A stretch of DNA of 63,083 nucleotides, filler included, from Licmophora abbreviata (GCA_900291995.1; 9 parts of 9 records of this genome joined end to end with filler, not necessarily neighbours in it); one strand, 5' to 3'; shown: positions 21,032-35,204, counted from the first letter of the whole stretch. Numbers and translations: made by a program. The notes: a model not told the origin generated them from the sequence alone.

Positions 21032-24000
21032 CTAAGCAAAGAGGAAGGCTCCAGAGCCTTCACTAATGGCGTACAGAAACTTCTCCTTCATTTCCTCTAT
21101 GCTCTTGTAGACTGGCAAGTCCAGCGAATTGAAGCATGTATGAGCCGACATGAGAGACCCATTCTGGCCGCCCACTTTGTGAATGGAAAATTTCTGAACA
21201 CCGCGCATTCCCTGCAGTTCTGAAAACCCAGAGAGAGGCACCTTGGAGCTGCCCGTGACAAATTGAAGGAACGAGGCCTTTTCGCCCCGGGATAGGTTGA
21301 ACATAATGTCCCAGAACCATTGTATTTCTTTGTCGTTGGCTTTGTAGCCGTGATAGTCAGTGTGTTGTTTCAAGTCCATAACATCAATGTCGGGAAGACC
21401 CGATATGAGCAGTTCCAATTCCCTGGGGGTGAAAATTGCAATCAGTTCCTTGCTCACCAGCTCGTAAAAACCGTCGAGGTAGGCCTTGATTTGACTGGAA
21501 ATTGCAGTCGTCATGCGATGTTGGCATACCAAACTCACATATTCGGCCTTACTTTCTTCCGTAACATGGATATTCCGTCCATCGGGAATTAGGTCAATGA
21601 CTTGGCTCCGGCCAAAAGAATGGTCCTCAATGGAGAAAGTCAAGTCGAGACCAATGTCCGCCAGGTTGTATTCCAGAATCATCTTCAGGTTCTTATAATA
21701 GTCAGGGTCAATCGCCTCCATATCGTGGTGAGTCGGCTGTCATACGCAAGAATATGACAAGTGAGTTAGCAAGGGTCGGGTGGCTACTATACCAACTGCA
21801 AACGACGCAATCCAGCAGAGCACATACCTTGAGTCCCAACATGTGTTTGTACAAACTACGCGTAAAGTGTGCGTCAAGCAGGTAGCCGTCCGCGACGGCC
21901 TTTCCAACAATGCGTCCCACAAAGCGGAAGTAGCTCAAATGATCGGGGTTTATGCTGCTATTTGGGTTCGGCTGGAAGGTACAGCCATCTTCAGTTGACG
22001 TGAAGAGCGCATAGTTAGGGTTGAAGATCTCCTTGGCCAGGATGCCAAAGAACTCGCGGGATAGTCCGCCCGCGTCCACTCCCTCCTCGTTCCGGAACGA
22101 AATATGAAGGCGTCCCCGCATCTCATCGGCATTCCGTAGCCGAAGCATATGATACGCATCTTCAAACACGTGTTCTCGTCGAATTACAAGGCGAAGACTG
22201 CCATGGCGCCGGCTGGCTTGCTGGCGAAGCCGTCGCACTTGCGTCTTGAACCACTGGCGCTTCACATCAAAGTCCAGGAGGACTCTGCATCGAGAGACCT
22301 GCACCATGGCGCGCAGGCCCTTCTCTAGCAAACCGGGGTTGTTTCGAATAAGAGCGTTCAGCAAGACTTTATTGGCAGTAACAAATTCGACAACACGCTC
22401 CCCATTGACCAACGAGCTCAGTTCTGAATCTTCGCGCTTGTGCTGGCCTGGTGACGGAGCGTCCTTGTCGCTTGGCTGGGATTCGGCGGGAACTTCACGA
22501 GTTGCGCTGGCGTTCACCACCAGGAATGCCTCGACGATTGGTAGGAAGCGGGATAGAAGCCCCATTACACTATTCTGGAGTTTCTTTTTGTCGGTGTTGT
22601 CATCACTGCCGTCGTCAGCCTCGTCGTCGTCTCCGTTTGTTCCTTGTTCGAGGTCGCGTAGGCTGGCCACTCCTTCGAGGACTTTCACCATCTTGAGACA
22701 CTCCGTAAGCTGTGACCATAGGTTGTCAAGGTCCATGTTGTGATAAATGCTGACCAACTCCGGAGTGATGACTGTCCATCCGTTCTTCTTGGTGTTATCT
22801 TCGTGGGAGTGGTCCGTACAAAGCAAGTGTAGTGTCTGCAGTACGCGGAGCAACTTCAATTCGCTGGAACTGGAAGAGAGCGTCACAGAACTGGACGGGC
22901 TCCCACCAACCAAAAAGCTCGAACGTGCTAAAGGTTTGNNNNNNNNNNNNNNNNNNNNNNNNNNNNNNNNNNNNNNNNNNNNTTAATTAATTAANNNNNN
23001 NNNNNNNNNNNNNNNNNNNNNNNNNNNNNNNNNNNNNNGCTCTCAAGTCGCGACTAGCGTCCGATCCCAGGATCTGGGCAACGCCAGCAAGCTCCAAAAG
23101 GATACACCGTCGATTTTTCTCGACACGACAGAGACGCCGAGCGATCCCGTTCACTTTACTAAATGCAGCATCCTTACAATTCTCATTCCTGAGAATGGAA
23201 CAAAGAAGCTCCAGCCTGTTCTGTGAAACAGAAACGAGTGGTACGTCGACCCATTCCTTTCCAATCGCCACTGCGGCATCAATGTCTTTCTGAGAAATCA
23301 AGTGTCGGGCCTCGCCGTCTCGAGGAAGATTAGACAGTGGGGAAACGACGCTCTCGATCACAGTAAGGAGTTGTTCCAGATTTGTGCTGCTATTTTTGTA
23401 GCGTGGTCTGTCCAACAAATCCAGCAGTGCATCCAGAGTCGTCACCATGTCAACGTCACCATGATGGTCGGTAACATAGCTTGGAGTGAGGGCGTCAATA
23501 CACGAACGCGGCAAGTTCTTGGTGAGAAACGCCAACAAATCAATCATCCGTGTGGCAGCAACGGGGGGGATATGTTGCTCGCTGGAGCCTCGGGAGCTGG
23601 TTGGAAGGCTGGCCGCGATCGACGTGGCGGTGCCGCCCCCGATTCTTCTCCTAAACAGGGAGGTCGAGGAGGCACCTTCAGTATCCAATACCTCAGGTGA
23701 GGCGCCAATTAGGCTCGAAGGAGGGAAGTCGCCATCAGTCACAAATTCCTTGTCAATCATACTACGCCAATCTTGTGCCTCGTACTGCTTTCCGACAGAA
23801 CGCAGTACTTCCACGGCGTCATCGACCTCATCATTCAACAGCCTGACAATCGTCGAAAGGATAACCACACGCAAATTATGTTGTGCAGAGATATTCTGGA
23901 ACACTTTTTGAAGCAGTTTCTGAGGTCGAACAGGAGAGAGTAGATACATAAATCGCACAAGTGTCTTCACGGTCGAATACCCGATAGGTGAATTCAGTTG

Positions 24001-27000
24001 GTTCTTTCCAATGCTGCCGAGATACAAAACCTCCGGTTTATCACACTCCACTTTCATGCTGCCTGTTCGCATCTTTCTTCTAGATGGTGTGTTAACGCTT
24101 GTATTACTTCCACGCTGATCAGCCGGTTGGGCGTTGCCATTTCGACCTCCAGGTCCGCCGTAGGGATCCTCGCTCAACTGGCGATGTCGCGCGGATGCTC
24201 TCTCGCGGATAATCTGAGCTTCTGCAATAATATTGGCCGGGAGGCTATTGAGAAATGTATTGTCAGCTGTCAACAGAATCTCCTGGCGCAGATCAGGGGC
24301 CAGCGATGCAAGAAAACTCGCATTGTCCATTTCTTCCGCATTTGCAGGGTCGGCCGGAGCTTCTTCCCTCTGCCGCCGTTCGCGTTGTTCCTGCTCGATT
24401 ACTTCGCGACGCATGCTCTCTGGAAGAGCTGCCAAAGCCTCAGGATCGAGTCCAGAGGTTGAGTCCAGTTGCGCTGCAACCTCAGCAGCGGTGTGGTGCT
24501 GAGAAACGACTTCTCGCTGCATTTCCAGTGGTAGGCTGTTGAACACTTCAAGGTCCATCCCCGGTGGACACGCGAGCCGATGCCTATCAACTTCGTCTGA
24601 ATTCGTCAAAGATTCTGTTTCGGGACGATTCCCTGTGGCAGGGTCCACTGGCGGCAAGTCAGAAGCAGAAAAGTCTGATCCCTGCCCTTGTGTCTCCACG
24701 ATCCTCTCAGCAGATCCACGCTCCTGGGCCTGCATAGCTCCTTCCGAAGATCCGTCCAAATCCTGGGTTACGGTGCTATTGATCTCGATTCCGATATGAG
24801 TATGAGAAACGCTTTCGCCTTGGGGAGAAAGACGAAGCCCGACTGCCAATGAAGAAGCTACATGGGCACCATCAGAGGCTGGGTTTGGGTCATCTTCCTC
24901 GTGGTCTGCTTCTTCCATGGGTTCATCATTATTCGCCAAGGTATCTGCGAGAGCTGCGGCGGGAGCATCTGCATGGGAACCAGAGCCGTCATGGCTTTCA
25001 GCAAGATTTGCAAGGTTTGTCTCGCCCTGAGGAACATGCTCGTTCCGCTCGATCGGTGGGTCATCCATGGCGGCCTGATCTGCCCCTGTGACAACATCGA
25101 CAGGTTGATCGGAAGAGGGACCCGTAGGATCAGGTCGATACTCGGCGAGCGCACGTTCAAACGCTATATTGAAAGAGTGCAGGGTTTCATCTGGAGGGAG
25201 GCCATCGTCCGTCCAACCTAGCTGCCCTCCCCCCGCGCCCGAACGCCCACTAGATGATGGGCCCAAGTGTGGATAGTAACTGGAGTAAAGCTCTCCCCTA
25301 CGAAGACCGCCAGTCAGATCTCGTTGAGTAGCTCTTTCGCCGTGTGGTCTGAGATCAGAGACGAGAGAATTGATAGCAGGGAGTTCAACACCAGTCAACA
25401 ACGGATGCGGTGTCAGCTGTGTTCGGGAATGGGTTGATGCAGCAGGGCCCCCGGGGAATAGTTGGGTCGCAATCGATGGATAAACCAAGTCGTCGTCATT
25501 ATCGGTTGACAATGGCGTGACAACATCAAAGTTTCGATTGCCTGCTGCAATTCCACCGTAAACATGCTCCGTAGAAGACTCATTCCATCTTCCGCCGTTG
25601 AAAAACGTTGCTTCTGGAGGACTTCTCTGGTGGATGCTTGGTATAACGCTAAGATTCACGTCCTCGCGGCCTCGGCTAACAGAGCCCCTACTACGGCGTG
25701 AAGATTCCCATCCGGACGGAGGAGGCGGCGGCCCGCCCACTGGCCGACGCGCGAACATGAGTCGTTCATTTCCAGGACCATTCCGAGAGCCCACCCGTAT
25801 TCCGAGGCTGCCTTCGAGTTCAGCGATAGCATCATCTTGTATGTCTCCTGTTCGCAGCAGATTACCAATCATAGCTTCTGCAGCGTCAATAAACCCTCTA
25901 GTACGAGCTGAGAGATCTGGGTCACCCGGAAGCCCAGCGCTCCTTGTGCTAAAATCGACGAGCAAACCCGATCCGCCAGACTCTACGCGAGTCCAACCCT
26001 CGTCGAAGTCAGCATCTCCATGCAGAGGAGCAGCTTCAGCATCGACGTTTCCAGAACTGCTATCAAAAAACTCTTCTGCGGTCCAGTGCAACTCATCTTG
26101 GTCTTGCATGTCGATATCGTCTTCTTCCTCGTCTTCAACGCCAGACACGTCTGATTCGCTTTCTTCTCCTTCAGTGTCCTCTTCTTCAGAATCGTCTTGT
26201 GAACCTTGGATATGTACGCCATCACCCACGTCCTCTTCGTCACTCGAAATATCTTCGTTGCTACTCCTCTCAATTTCATCCTCATCGGCTTCATCCATCT
26301 CGACGTCTTCTTCATCCTGACCGTCATGGTCGTCCTCACCGACAAATTCATTAGACGGATGATCGGGACCCACTTCGTATCCGAGAGCACTCCGAGCAGC
26401 GCTTTCGGCATCAAACCCATCCTCAAGGATCGGGTCTTCTAAGATCGGATCTTCTACAAAAGCAGGGGGCTCAAGATGCGACAAATCTTCGGCTTCGCCA
26501 CGCTTCCCAATTTTGGACTTCGGCTCAGCTACTCTCTCGAGTTCACGCGATCTATTCGTTCTCTCCTCCAGCTCCTTGGTTGCGATTGACTGTGCCGCCT
26601 CGGTCACCGCACTCCTGGTGAAAACTTCGAAAGGAACAAGGAGGGACGCGCACGTCACAGCAGCCCTTGGGTGCTGAAGATCTACTCCGTGAAGAGCGTA
26701 GACAAGAGCGTGACCCATTCCAAGATCCAACATGACCTTTATCATTTCAAAGCTGAGACACCCGTTGCTATCGTAACTCGAACCGTTGCTTCGCGGCGCA
26801 GCGAAGCCAATACATAAGTCACCCCACGCATGCAGAGCATTGAGCTCAGCGTCAAGCGCAATGTTGCTCGCGGGGGAGGGAGAAGGTAGAACCAAATCTT
26901 CGAAGCTATGGTGACCCCCGCTCAAGGCGAAGACAACATCAGTGAGCACTCGCCTTCGGCTTTCTCCGGACCTCGAAACAAGTGACACAAGAAGACGAGC

Positions 27001-30000
27001 GGAGGTCTGAGCCACTCTCGTGCGAATGAGGGTCTCCTTCCGTCTTGTCTTTGTCTGGTTGCTCTCAATACTGCCTTCCATGGGGTCTTTCTTAAACGCC
27101 TGTCGATCTTGGGGCAGCAGTCTGTGGAGAAGAAGGTTGACGAACGTTCTTGGGGGAGATGGACAACCACTCAGCGCGTGCATGACCATACTTTTGGAAA
27201 GGGCTGGACGGCTGCGATGGATCGCAGCAGCACAGGCAGGGAACGCTAGAACTATGTCGCTGATTACTTCCAGAATACTTCCCATCCAGAGAAATGAAGT
27301 CTGGTTTCCAAATAGGTCTGACTCTTCGTCTACCTTCTCAAGAACAGCCTCGTCATCAGAACGACACAGCGACACAGCTTTCGACATCAAAACAGCAATA
27401 ATTTGACTGGGAGGCGTCTCGCAGAGCGCACTCCTCTTCGCAGCAGTTTCAGCCTGTTCCACTTTGTTTTTCTTCGATGTCCCACCGCGTTTCGACGTGG
27501 GCCCTCGGCGATTATGCTTCCCTTTGAGCGCCTTAGAGCGAGCGAAGGAAATCGTGGGAGTGTGATTTGAAGAAGTGTCGCGAACCTGGTCATCCTTTCC
27601 TTTCGATGAAGTTGGAATTCTTTCGAGCAAATAGGTTCGCCGAGCCGCGCGCTCTTTCGAGTCGAGTAAGACGACGCTAGTCCGCTTGTCAGTCCAAGTG
27701 TGAAATCGAACGGTCACCGACGCGGCTTTCAGGAAGACGACAGGGTCACGGCTTATCAAAGGCTTCAGTGCACGTGCAAAGGCTGCAAGAGAAACAGACG
27801 CAGATTCGTCCCCGTCTGTGACATTCCGATGTTCGTCTAGCCGGGAGACAATCGAACGAATTTCAGTTTCCATTGCTGTCTGCAACGTCGTGGGGTCTTC
27901 TAGCACTCGACGCAGTAGCATGGCCACAAGACCGGAGCTACCGTTGAAACGGCAGCTTCTCGGGAGCGAGAGAATGAGTTCCGGACCTCCCGTTCTCAAG
28001 AATTTCCACGAGAGCTCAGGCGATCGCACGAGTCGACTCATCAAAAGAAGGAGAGCCTGAGCTGTTCCCGGTGGAGGGAACGATTTCTCCTGCCGCGATC
28101 CGTCCTGTAAGAGGTTAAGGCATACATCCATGCATCTGCTTGCTGATTCCGCCGGTAACAGTGGAGCGAGGGGCGGCACAGAGATCAACGACATGGCTTG
28201 TGCAGCTACGCCACGCCCTGTCAAACTGTCCTTCTTGTTCAATGCCCCCTCCGCTACTACAGCGTCAGTGGTGCTGCTTTCAGCTTGCACCTCCAATTCC
28301 TTTGCTCCGGATATCAGCGAGGGACCCGCAGGGAATACAATGCGCGCCGTGTCCGCAACAAGCGCGGCTTGGGTGTGGTGCTCTTTGCGGACTGTGCGTA
28401 GTTCTTCCTCTTCCGATCCGTCCATTTCCCCTTCTTTGTCAAAAATCACCGTTGCCTCGGCCATTGTGCCTAGAAGAAGCAGTGCTGGTGTAAGCCATAC
28501 AGGCCAGGTTCTCGTCGTGTCATCTCTAGGGTCAGCTGTCACCCAGTCTTCGAGACAAGATACCAAACATGATACAATTCCTTTCCCCAGGACCAGTTGC
28601 CTTGTCCGTGGAAGTTCCCGCGAAGTCAACACTGCTGCATGACAAAGGGATGCGAAATTGCGCTCTCGGTCGGACCGCACGTTACACGATCCGGCTTCCA
28701 CCGCTATGACATCAGCCTTCAGCCGATCGAGGAGACGGGAAACTATCCGCGCCTGCTTGTCAGGGTACTTCATGCAGAGCTCAACCAAGACAGAATTCAT
28801 CGCCAGCGTGAGAGCTTCCATATCTCCATCGCCCCCAGCATCCGCGGGCGTATAAGGGTTGTCGGGCCCTGCTAGTAGGTTAACGATGACATCGGGTGAC
28901 TGGTTGATCCATAATTGACGGCATCGCTCGACGTGAGACTGAAACTTGTCATCGAATGATTCCTGCGTGGCTTCACCGTCCTTGCCAATCTCATCAGACG
29001 CCGGTGAGATTTGGTCCCCCGACACTCTGGCATCGGCACTTACCGCACCAGAAATAGCGTCTGGATCGGAATGTGAAAGCGCTGAGCCGCTTCCGGAGTC
29101 AGCAGCAGCTTCGATGCCCCCGGATTCTCTTCCCTCACCCACTTCTAAATTAGCTGCTTCCCGGTGTCTTCTTCGTGCCTCGCGCTCTGTACGCCGACGC
29201 TCCACTGTTCCTGGGCTGGGGGGAGGATTAGATAATGCGTATTCCATAGCTACCTCAATGACATTCGATCGAGAGTGTTCAAGAGCATCCAAAGCGTGAT
29301 CCCTCGAGAATCCCATTTCCGAAAGCTGAGAAATCGCGTCCTCGCTTGGTTCGAACTCTTGCAATTGAGACTCAAGCCGCTCACTCTCTGCCGCCTCACT
29401 TCTTCTTGTTGTTGTACGAAGGGCAGTACGCGAAAAGATGTTCCAGATAGAGGCATGCGAGTCTCCTTCGTAAGCGCTGGTAGATGTGCTCGCCGCAGAC
29501 TTGTCAAGACAAGCAATAATTTCGCCCGCAAGGTTTGAAAAGGGCCACGCAAGCTGAACTGGCAAAAGCTTGAATCGCCTATCCGTCCACATTTCAAGTG
29601 CACTCTCGCCAATTGCGCAGTACAAAGTTGCGCAAGATTTAAGGGGTGGACTACTTTTGGAGGCGTGCCGTTTGTTGATCCGATCAACATAGACACTTCG
29701 GAATCCATTAGCCGTTTCAGTGTGTTGGCTGCATTGGAGCCAGCGAGTGGCGTTTTTGCGAGCCTTCGCAACAACGCAATCGTGGGCGGAAGACTTGCCG
29801 CGACGTTCCGGGGCACAAGCTGAACAGGTGGAGCCTGCTCTCTTGCAGTAGACTCAGCTGTGCTCGCTGCTACCATCGAGCGGTTGCTCATATTGGAAAG
29901 GCACTGCGTGAATACGAACTGGACTCCATCAAAAACACCGAGCCTACAATTTGACTCGGCGTGCAGAACTTGACGGTCCACGAAGCGATCGGAATTAATC

Positions 30001-33000
30001 AGTGATAATAGAAGCAGTACGTTCATGGTGCTCCGGTCACGTTTCTCGTCGACTAAAGATGCCTGGACAACGTCGAAAAGGATCCCAAGGTAAACGGCAG
30101 CTCCCGCGGAGCTATGCATCGCTTCTGAGTCAAATCTAGCTCGGGAGATAATCGTCTGTATTGGTTCCCTCATTAGGCCTCGGAGAATGTTAGTCGACAG
30201 CATAGATGTAAGTGAAGCAAGCTGTTGCCCAATTGAGCCATCCTCGAACACAAGTCGCTTTGCTGGTAGTGCTTTCACGCCATGAGACAAGATTCGACTT
30301 AGTATTGAGTTCAACTCGCAATATGTGTTTTGTAGACGAGCAAGGACTGAAGCGCCAGTGGCACTGATGTCGGAGACTCCGAAATTCTTCCTCCTCTCTG
30401 GTCGCATATCGGTGGTCGTGCTGCCGCCCTCATCGACTGCGATACCAGACCAGACGTTCAGCACTTCTGCTATGGGTTCGCGGCCATGGCCGCGCGTCAG
30501 CTCTGAGATCCATCCCGCGTAAGTCCGGTAGCGCAATACTCCAGATGAATTGTGACAGCGATCAATGGCCTCCACAATTTCGCCGAACTCGGCGCTCCCG
30601 ATGCTGGCGCAGGAGTCAATTTCTATACCATCTCTAACGACAGCGCCCTCCTGGCATACAATGCGAAGCCTATATCGGACCGATCCCGTTTCTACTCGGC
30701 GCCCAAGCCGATTTCGTTCTCGTTCCTCATAACCCGCTTCCGTTCGAATACGACAGGCCTCATGAAGAGCCGACTGATGAAACAATGAGAGCTCAGTGAA
30801 CAAATCTCGAAAATCAATCGACGTCAGCTCATTCTTCCATCTCCATGCACTTCGTCCCCAGTCTGAGCCGGTTTCTAGGCTGCGGCTTAGTGCAGCCCTG
30901 ATCACGGATGACAACGTCGCAGTGTACCACTGAAGGATCACCACCTGTCGAAAATACTTGGATATGATATGCGCTTTCGACATGAAGCTCGCGTCGTCGG
31001 CCATAGTATGAAACGGCGCTCGAGGAAGTCCTTCGAGGATGCCATCCGCACTCGCACCATGATGATCGCCAATAGGACTAGAAGCTGGGAACGATACTCG
31101 CACACTTGTTTGTGCTTCCTTGAGTTCACGTAGCTGAACCTTCAAAGCAGCCGACATCTTCTTCAGAAGCATCGTCGAGTCACAGTGGAGCCCCATGCTC
31201 TTGATCACAACCAAAAGTGAGTCTTCTGTCGTCGAATGTGCAAGCGTACATGTAGAATTACAACTGAGGCAGGACACATGTGCCAAGAATGAGACGTTCG
31301 TAGGCATCACAAGGGGGAACAGGCGAAGAGTTGCCTGCAGACCCCCCATCTTCGCAAACGGCTCGCAGTGATCCGCATTATGAAGTATTTGCTCAAGCAT
31401 CTGCGCAACGTTCAGTACATACTGGACGAGGGCGGATCGCTCGTTCTCCAGCTCAGACGCATCTTCTCCCTTTGGAGGCACAACGATCTCCTCTTCGCGA
31501 AGAAGCAGGCGTTCCCCGATATCGGCGACTTGGTTAATTGCCTGTAAAAGTGCTGTGAGAACCACAGGTCTCAGCTTGGGACAATGCCGCATGATTTCGT
31601 CAAGCCCAGTTCCGACAATTGCTGTCATTTCATTTAGCAAGCAACGGCTTTCTGGCATAGAAAAGCGGGATGAATAGAATATCGACAGAAACGCAGGGAA
31701 TGGGTTTGCTTTCTCGATTGCGGTGGCCCCGTTCTCCGTTAAAGCCAAGGCGGCAAAAACGTTCGGAATAGCCATAATCAGCTCGGGTGATGCAGGAAAT
31801 CCTGCATTATTGAATTCGCCACTTTCCCGCCACTCTCCCATTACCATATCGAGAAAGGCCTTCGCCAGCCCCGATTCATGTACATAATGCACAACCTGCG
31901 GGTCGTTGTTCATGACGTCAGACAGCATAGACGATGCCAGAGCAGCGAGCGTGCCCCCGTAGGAATCAACATTCCGAAGGATTTCGAACAGCGTCCCTGT
32001 AAGTTCCGAATTTCTCAACTGGGCTCCCCCGGGTGACGCAGGTGCTGTCGAAGAGCTCGACTCTTGGTGAAAAACGACCGTCAGACCGTTGACGAGGCTG
32101 AACAAAAGTATTCTCTGTGAAGAGCATAATTCTCTTGAGAGGGTTCGTGACCCGTCCATCGATGTGTCTTGCCTCGTCGGGCCAGCTTCTGCAGGTTCGC
32201 AGTCCATCGCACTGTCGTCTGGAGCTTGAGGATGCCCGACAGAGCACCCACTCGAGCTCCTAATCTCCTGCATATCCTTGTCAAGTCTCGATACAAGGAC
32301 CTCGACGCCCCGCAGCTCATGAAATGCAGAAAGCGCATTGTTGTGAGTCACAACGGCGCCCTCAACGATCTGGACTGCCTGAGATATAATGAAACGAATC
32401 ATGGAACGTGCTTGCGAAAAATCATCCAATTTGAGAGAAGTGAAGCCGGCAATCATGGCTGAGGAGATGTCGATAGAAACAGTGCTCAGAAGAGCGGGGA
32501 CAAGGCCACACTCCGTCAGTGCTGCTGTCCCAGACGGTGTTGCTATGACCGCCGAAGTGAGAGTCAGAACAGTATCGATAAATGCAAGAGCGCGATGCAG
32601 TTGCTCAGCGACTGGAAGAGGCGGTGGCTTGGCAGCCTTCACAAATGCCTTGCCAATATCCATGGCGATTGCTTCTGAAGTATCTGGTATTCTCGCTTCG
32701 GGTGTCGACTGCTTGTCGCGGCTTGAAAGAAAGGCATTGAGTGACGCCAATGAGTACCGAATCAAAGTTGGTAGCATCCCGAGGTGCATTCCTTTTCCAA
32801 CACCAAGCTCAATGAGAACATTCGTCAGCCGCGCCACTCCTGTTAGACCTCCACCCGTCCCGACATCTCGTCTCGACACTAGCGCCGTCAAGTTCCTCAG
32901 CGCCAACGTTCTCACTTTGTAGGGGACCTGAGGCGAATTCGCCAACGCGGACATGGCGTGCAGGTCCCCCTCATCCGATGCGCCAACGGCCGACGCCGCC

Positions 33001-34314
33001 GACACGGCTGCAGAGGAAACTGTAGGTCTCAACAAGTCAATCAGTTCAGCACAAAGTTCCGGTTGAGCCTGAAAGTACCCAGACATGATTTCTTGCGAAG
33101 GGTGCGTGTACAGATTGGCAGTCAATGCGAGGAGACGCCGCTCCACAGCTCTTACTCGTGTCGCGCGGGAGTGAAAGGCTTGCGCAAGGCGAATATCTGC
33201 CAACAAGGCGAACTGTCGATCTTCGGGAATGCGAATCCGCCCTCCGGCTTGTTCTAAACAGGAAAAGAAAAGTTCCGACGTTGACGGCACTTGCTTCTCA
33301 GGCGCACGGCCTGTAATGGACCCCATTCGTCGACGCTTCTGTTTGCTTTCGTCGTGTTCCTCCACGTCCATTCCCTCCTCATTCGTCCTGTTACTGGAAT
33401 CGACCTGCACCATTTCCGAAGCATTCAACTGTAGTTTCACCAGTCCGGTCTGTCCATAGTACTCAAACACCAGCTCCCCGCATTCCTTCGGCAACGCGCC
33501 TTGTCCATACTCAGAATCGTCCGTGGCAACACACGCCAGGAGTCCCACTCCCGATCCACGCGAGCCCCATCCTCGCGCCAGGGCCAAGAGGCGCGCGTGG
33601 CAGCTGGGGTTCTGAATCCGATGCAATGCCGTCGAATGCTGCTGCATGTCCGGGGACTGCTGCTTGTGCAAGGCGGGAGGCGATGCAAGACTGGACAGCG
33701 TGTGGAGCGCCAAGTCGGCAAGCTCGTCGTCGGCTGCGCCAAGCAAGTCTACCAAGTCTTCGGCTGAATTGAAAATAGACTTGTTGGTGCAATTACTCAA
33801 CAACGAGGACAGGAAGCGCAGTATCGTGACAAGATTCGCTGCTGCAGATTCCGGCACAGAGCACACATCTTCTATCGACTCGGCGTGTTGTTGGCCGCTA
33901 GTGCTCGCTACAGCTTCGTTCCGCTGACTCCTCTTCTTTCGTACCAGAGGCTCCACTAGGAGTAACGATCTCGCGTTTTCACGAAGAATTTTCGATAAAA
34001 CAGCATCCACAAGGTTCAGTGGACGGATCCATTCGTACAAGTCCACCTGCGCAATGATTTAGAGACGAACGCGGCGCGGATGAGACCATGATTCCCCAAA
34101 AAGCCTCTCTCAGATGAATTAGAAGAAGACATACCTGCTCTTCAAAGGTCCACGTCTGACAGGTCGCGAGAGTCTCCAAAAAGCCATCCTCGTCCTGGGG
34201 AAGAAAGTCTGTTGTTGTTTCGAACGAGCCAAGGCGTTCCCGCAAGGTCCGGAGTTTCACGTCGTCAATGATTTGAGGTGCAACACCGACACCGCTGGTC
34301 ATCACCGGCGCCAT
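21032..34314 (-). CDS. HUWE1/Tom1/UPL1-type giant HECT E3 ubiquitin ligase; introns 34134-34047 and 21827-21737, frameshift near 29628, gap 22939-23038
   Basis: N-terminal helical region starting DLYEWI..LN. UBA domain (QLSEMGFSRDHALDAL). Three UBM-like repeats (LPLEMQREVV, LPESMRREVI, LAPDLRQEIL). HECT motifs EEGVDAGGLSREFF, FVTGSSKVP, AHTCFNSLDLP (catalytic Cys). Confidence 0.92.
22939..23038. other. Assembly gap/linker
   Basis: N44-TTAATTAATTAA-N44. Confidence 0.97.
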
Positions 34315-34376
34315 ATTGATGGAACGTCTCTAGGAGCAAGTGCCTGGACCGAGCAGTTTAGCGCTGCGATGATGGA

Positions 34377-34394
34377 TCTCTCTCTCTCTCTCTC
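34377..34394. repeat. (TC)n microsatellite in the 5' leader of the HECT gene
   Basis: Uninterrupted TC dinucleotide run about 65 nt upstream of ATG 34314. Confidence 0.9.
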
Positions 34395-34850
34395 GCTTAT
34401 AGTCTCTGCAGTCGGTCCGTCGAAGAGGTTCGAGGGGTATCCAAAAAGATATGTGAGCGTTTTGTTATTAAACCTGAAATTTGGAATACACAATTAGGAA
34501 ACCACAATACACAAAAGAGCAACTCATCCACGACGATGGTAGTCACCCCGACAATGCTGCGGATGAATCCGAGAAAAAGTCAGACTCTCTTTGCACTCAC
34601 GCAGTTTGCTGCCTTCCCTCTACTCTCAAATTCTTAGGCAATGATGAAGTGAACACTGTCTTCCGTTGTCGACTGCTTCTTTGATACCAACAGAGAAAAC
34701 GACAGAGCGTGCTCTTTTGTGGTCGCCTAAATTTGATGGCGACGCGCGTCTGTTTTCGATACACGTAGAACCCTACGTGACATTTGTTCTGACATGTGGG
34801 GCACTGAATAGCAGGACACGCGCTCTCGGACTTCGTTGCTCGGAATGGGG

Positions 34851-34890
34851 CTCGACTCGACTCGACTCGACTCGACTCAACTCGCCTAGA
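34851..34890. repeat. (CTCGA)n pentanucleotide tandem repeat
   Basis: Five perfect CTCGA units followed by degenerate CTCAA, CTCGC, CTAGA. Confidence 0.9.
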
Positions 34891-34981
34891 CTATCCAATG
34901 AAGTATGACACGTCGGCGTCCGAGGACTTCAGGTCCATATATATCCTCGACGGGTAGACTAGGATGGAGCGGACCCGTACT

Positions 34982-35081
34982 NNNNNNNNNNNNNNNNNNN
35001 NNNNNNNNNNNNNNNNNNNNNNNNNTTAATTAATTAANNNNNNNNNNNNNNNNNNNNNNNNNNNNNNNNNNNNNNNNNNNN
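34982..35081. other. Assembly gap/linker
   Basis: N44-TTAATTAATTAA-N44. Confidence 0.97.
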
Positions 35082-35204
35082 AAGAGAGAGAGAGTGAAAG
35101 TGAAAGTGGGCACTCTGTTTCAATCCGTGCCGTCCCAAGCTACTTCACATCGTATCATATTCTGGAGTGTACTGTTCCTGGTAAGGAACACTTCTACTTA
35201 CTAT

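Noticed and set aside
29630..29650. Programmed -1 ribosomal frameshift in the HECT gene
   Set aside because: No canonical X XXY YYZ heptamer in frame; a 1-nt homopolymer error is simpler and recurs elsewhere in the window.
34641..34792. C-box-like ATGATGA and a downstream CTGA as a C/D snoRNA
   Set aside because: No terminal stem and no recognisable rRNA-complementary guide.
34851..34890. Short repeats as a CRISPR array or telomeric repeat
   Set aside because: No spacers, eukaryotic context, and the unit does not match a telomere motif.
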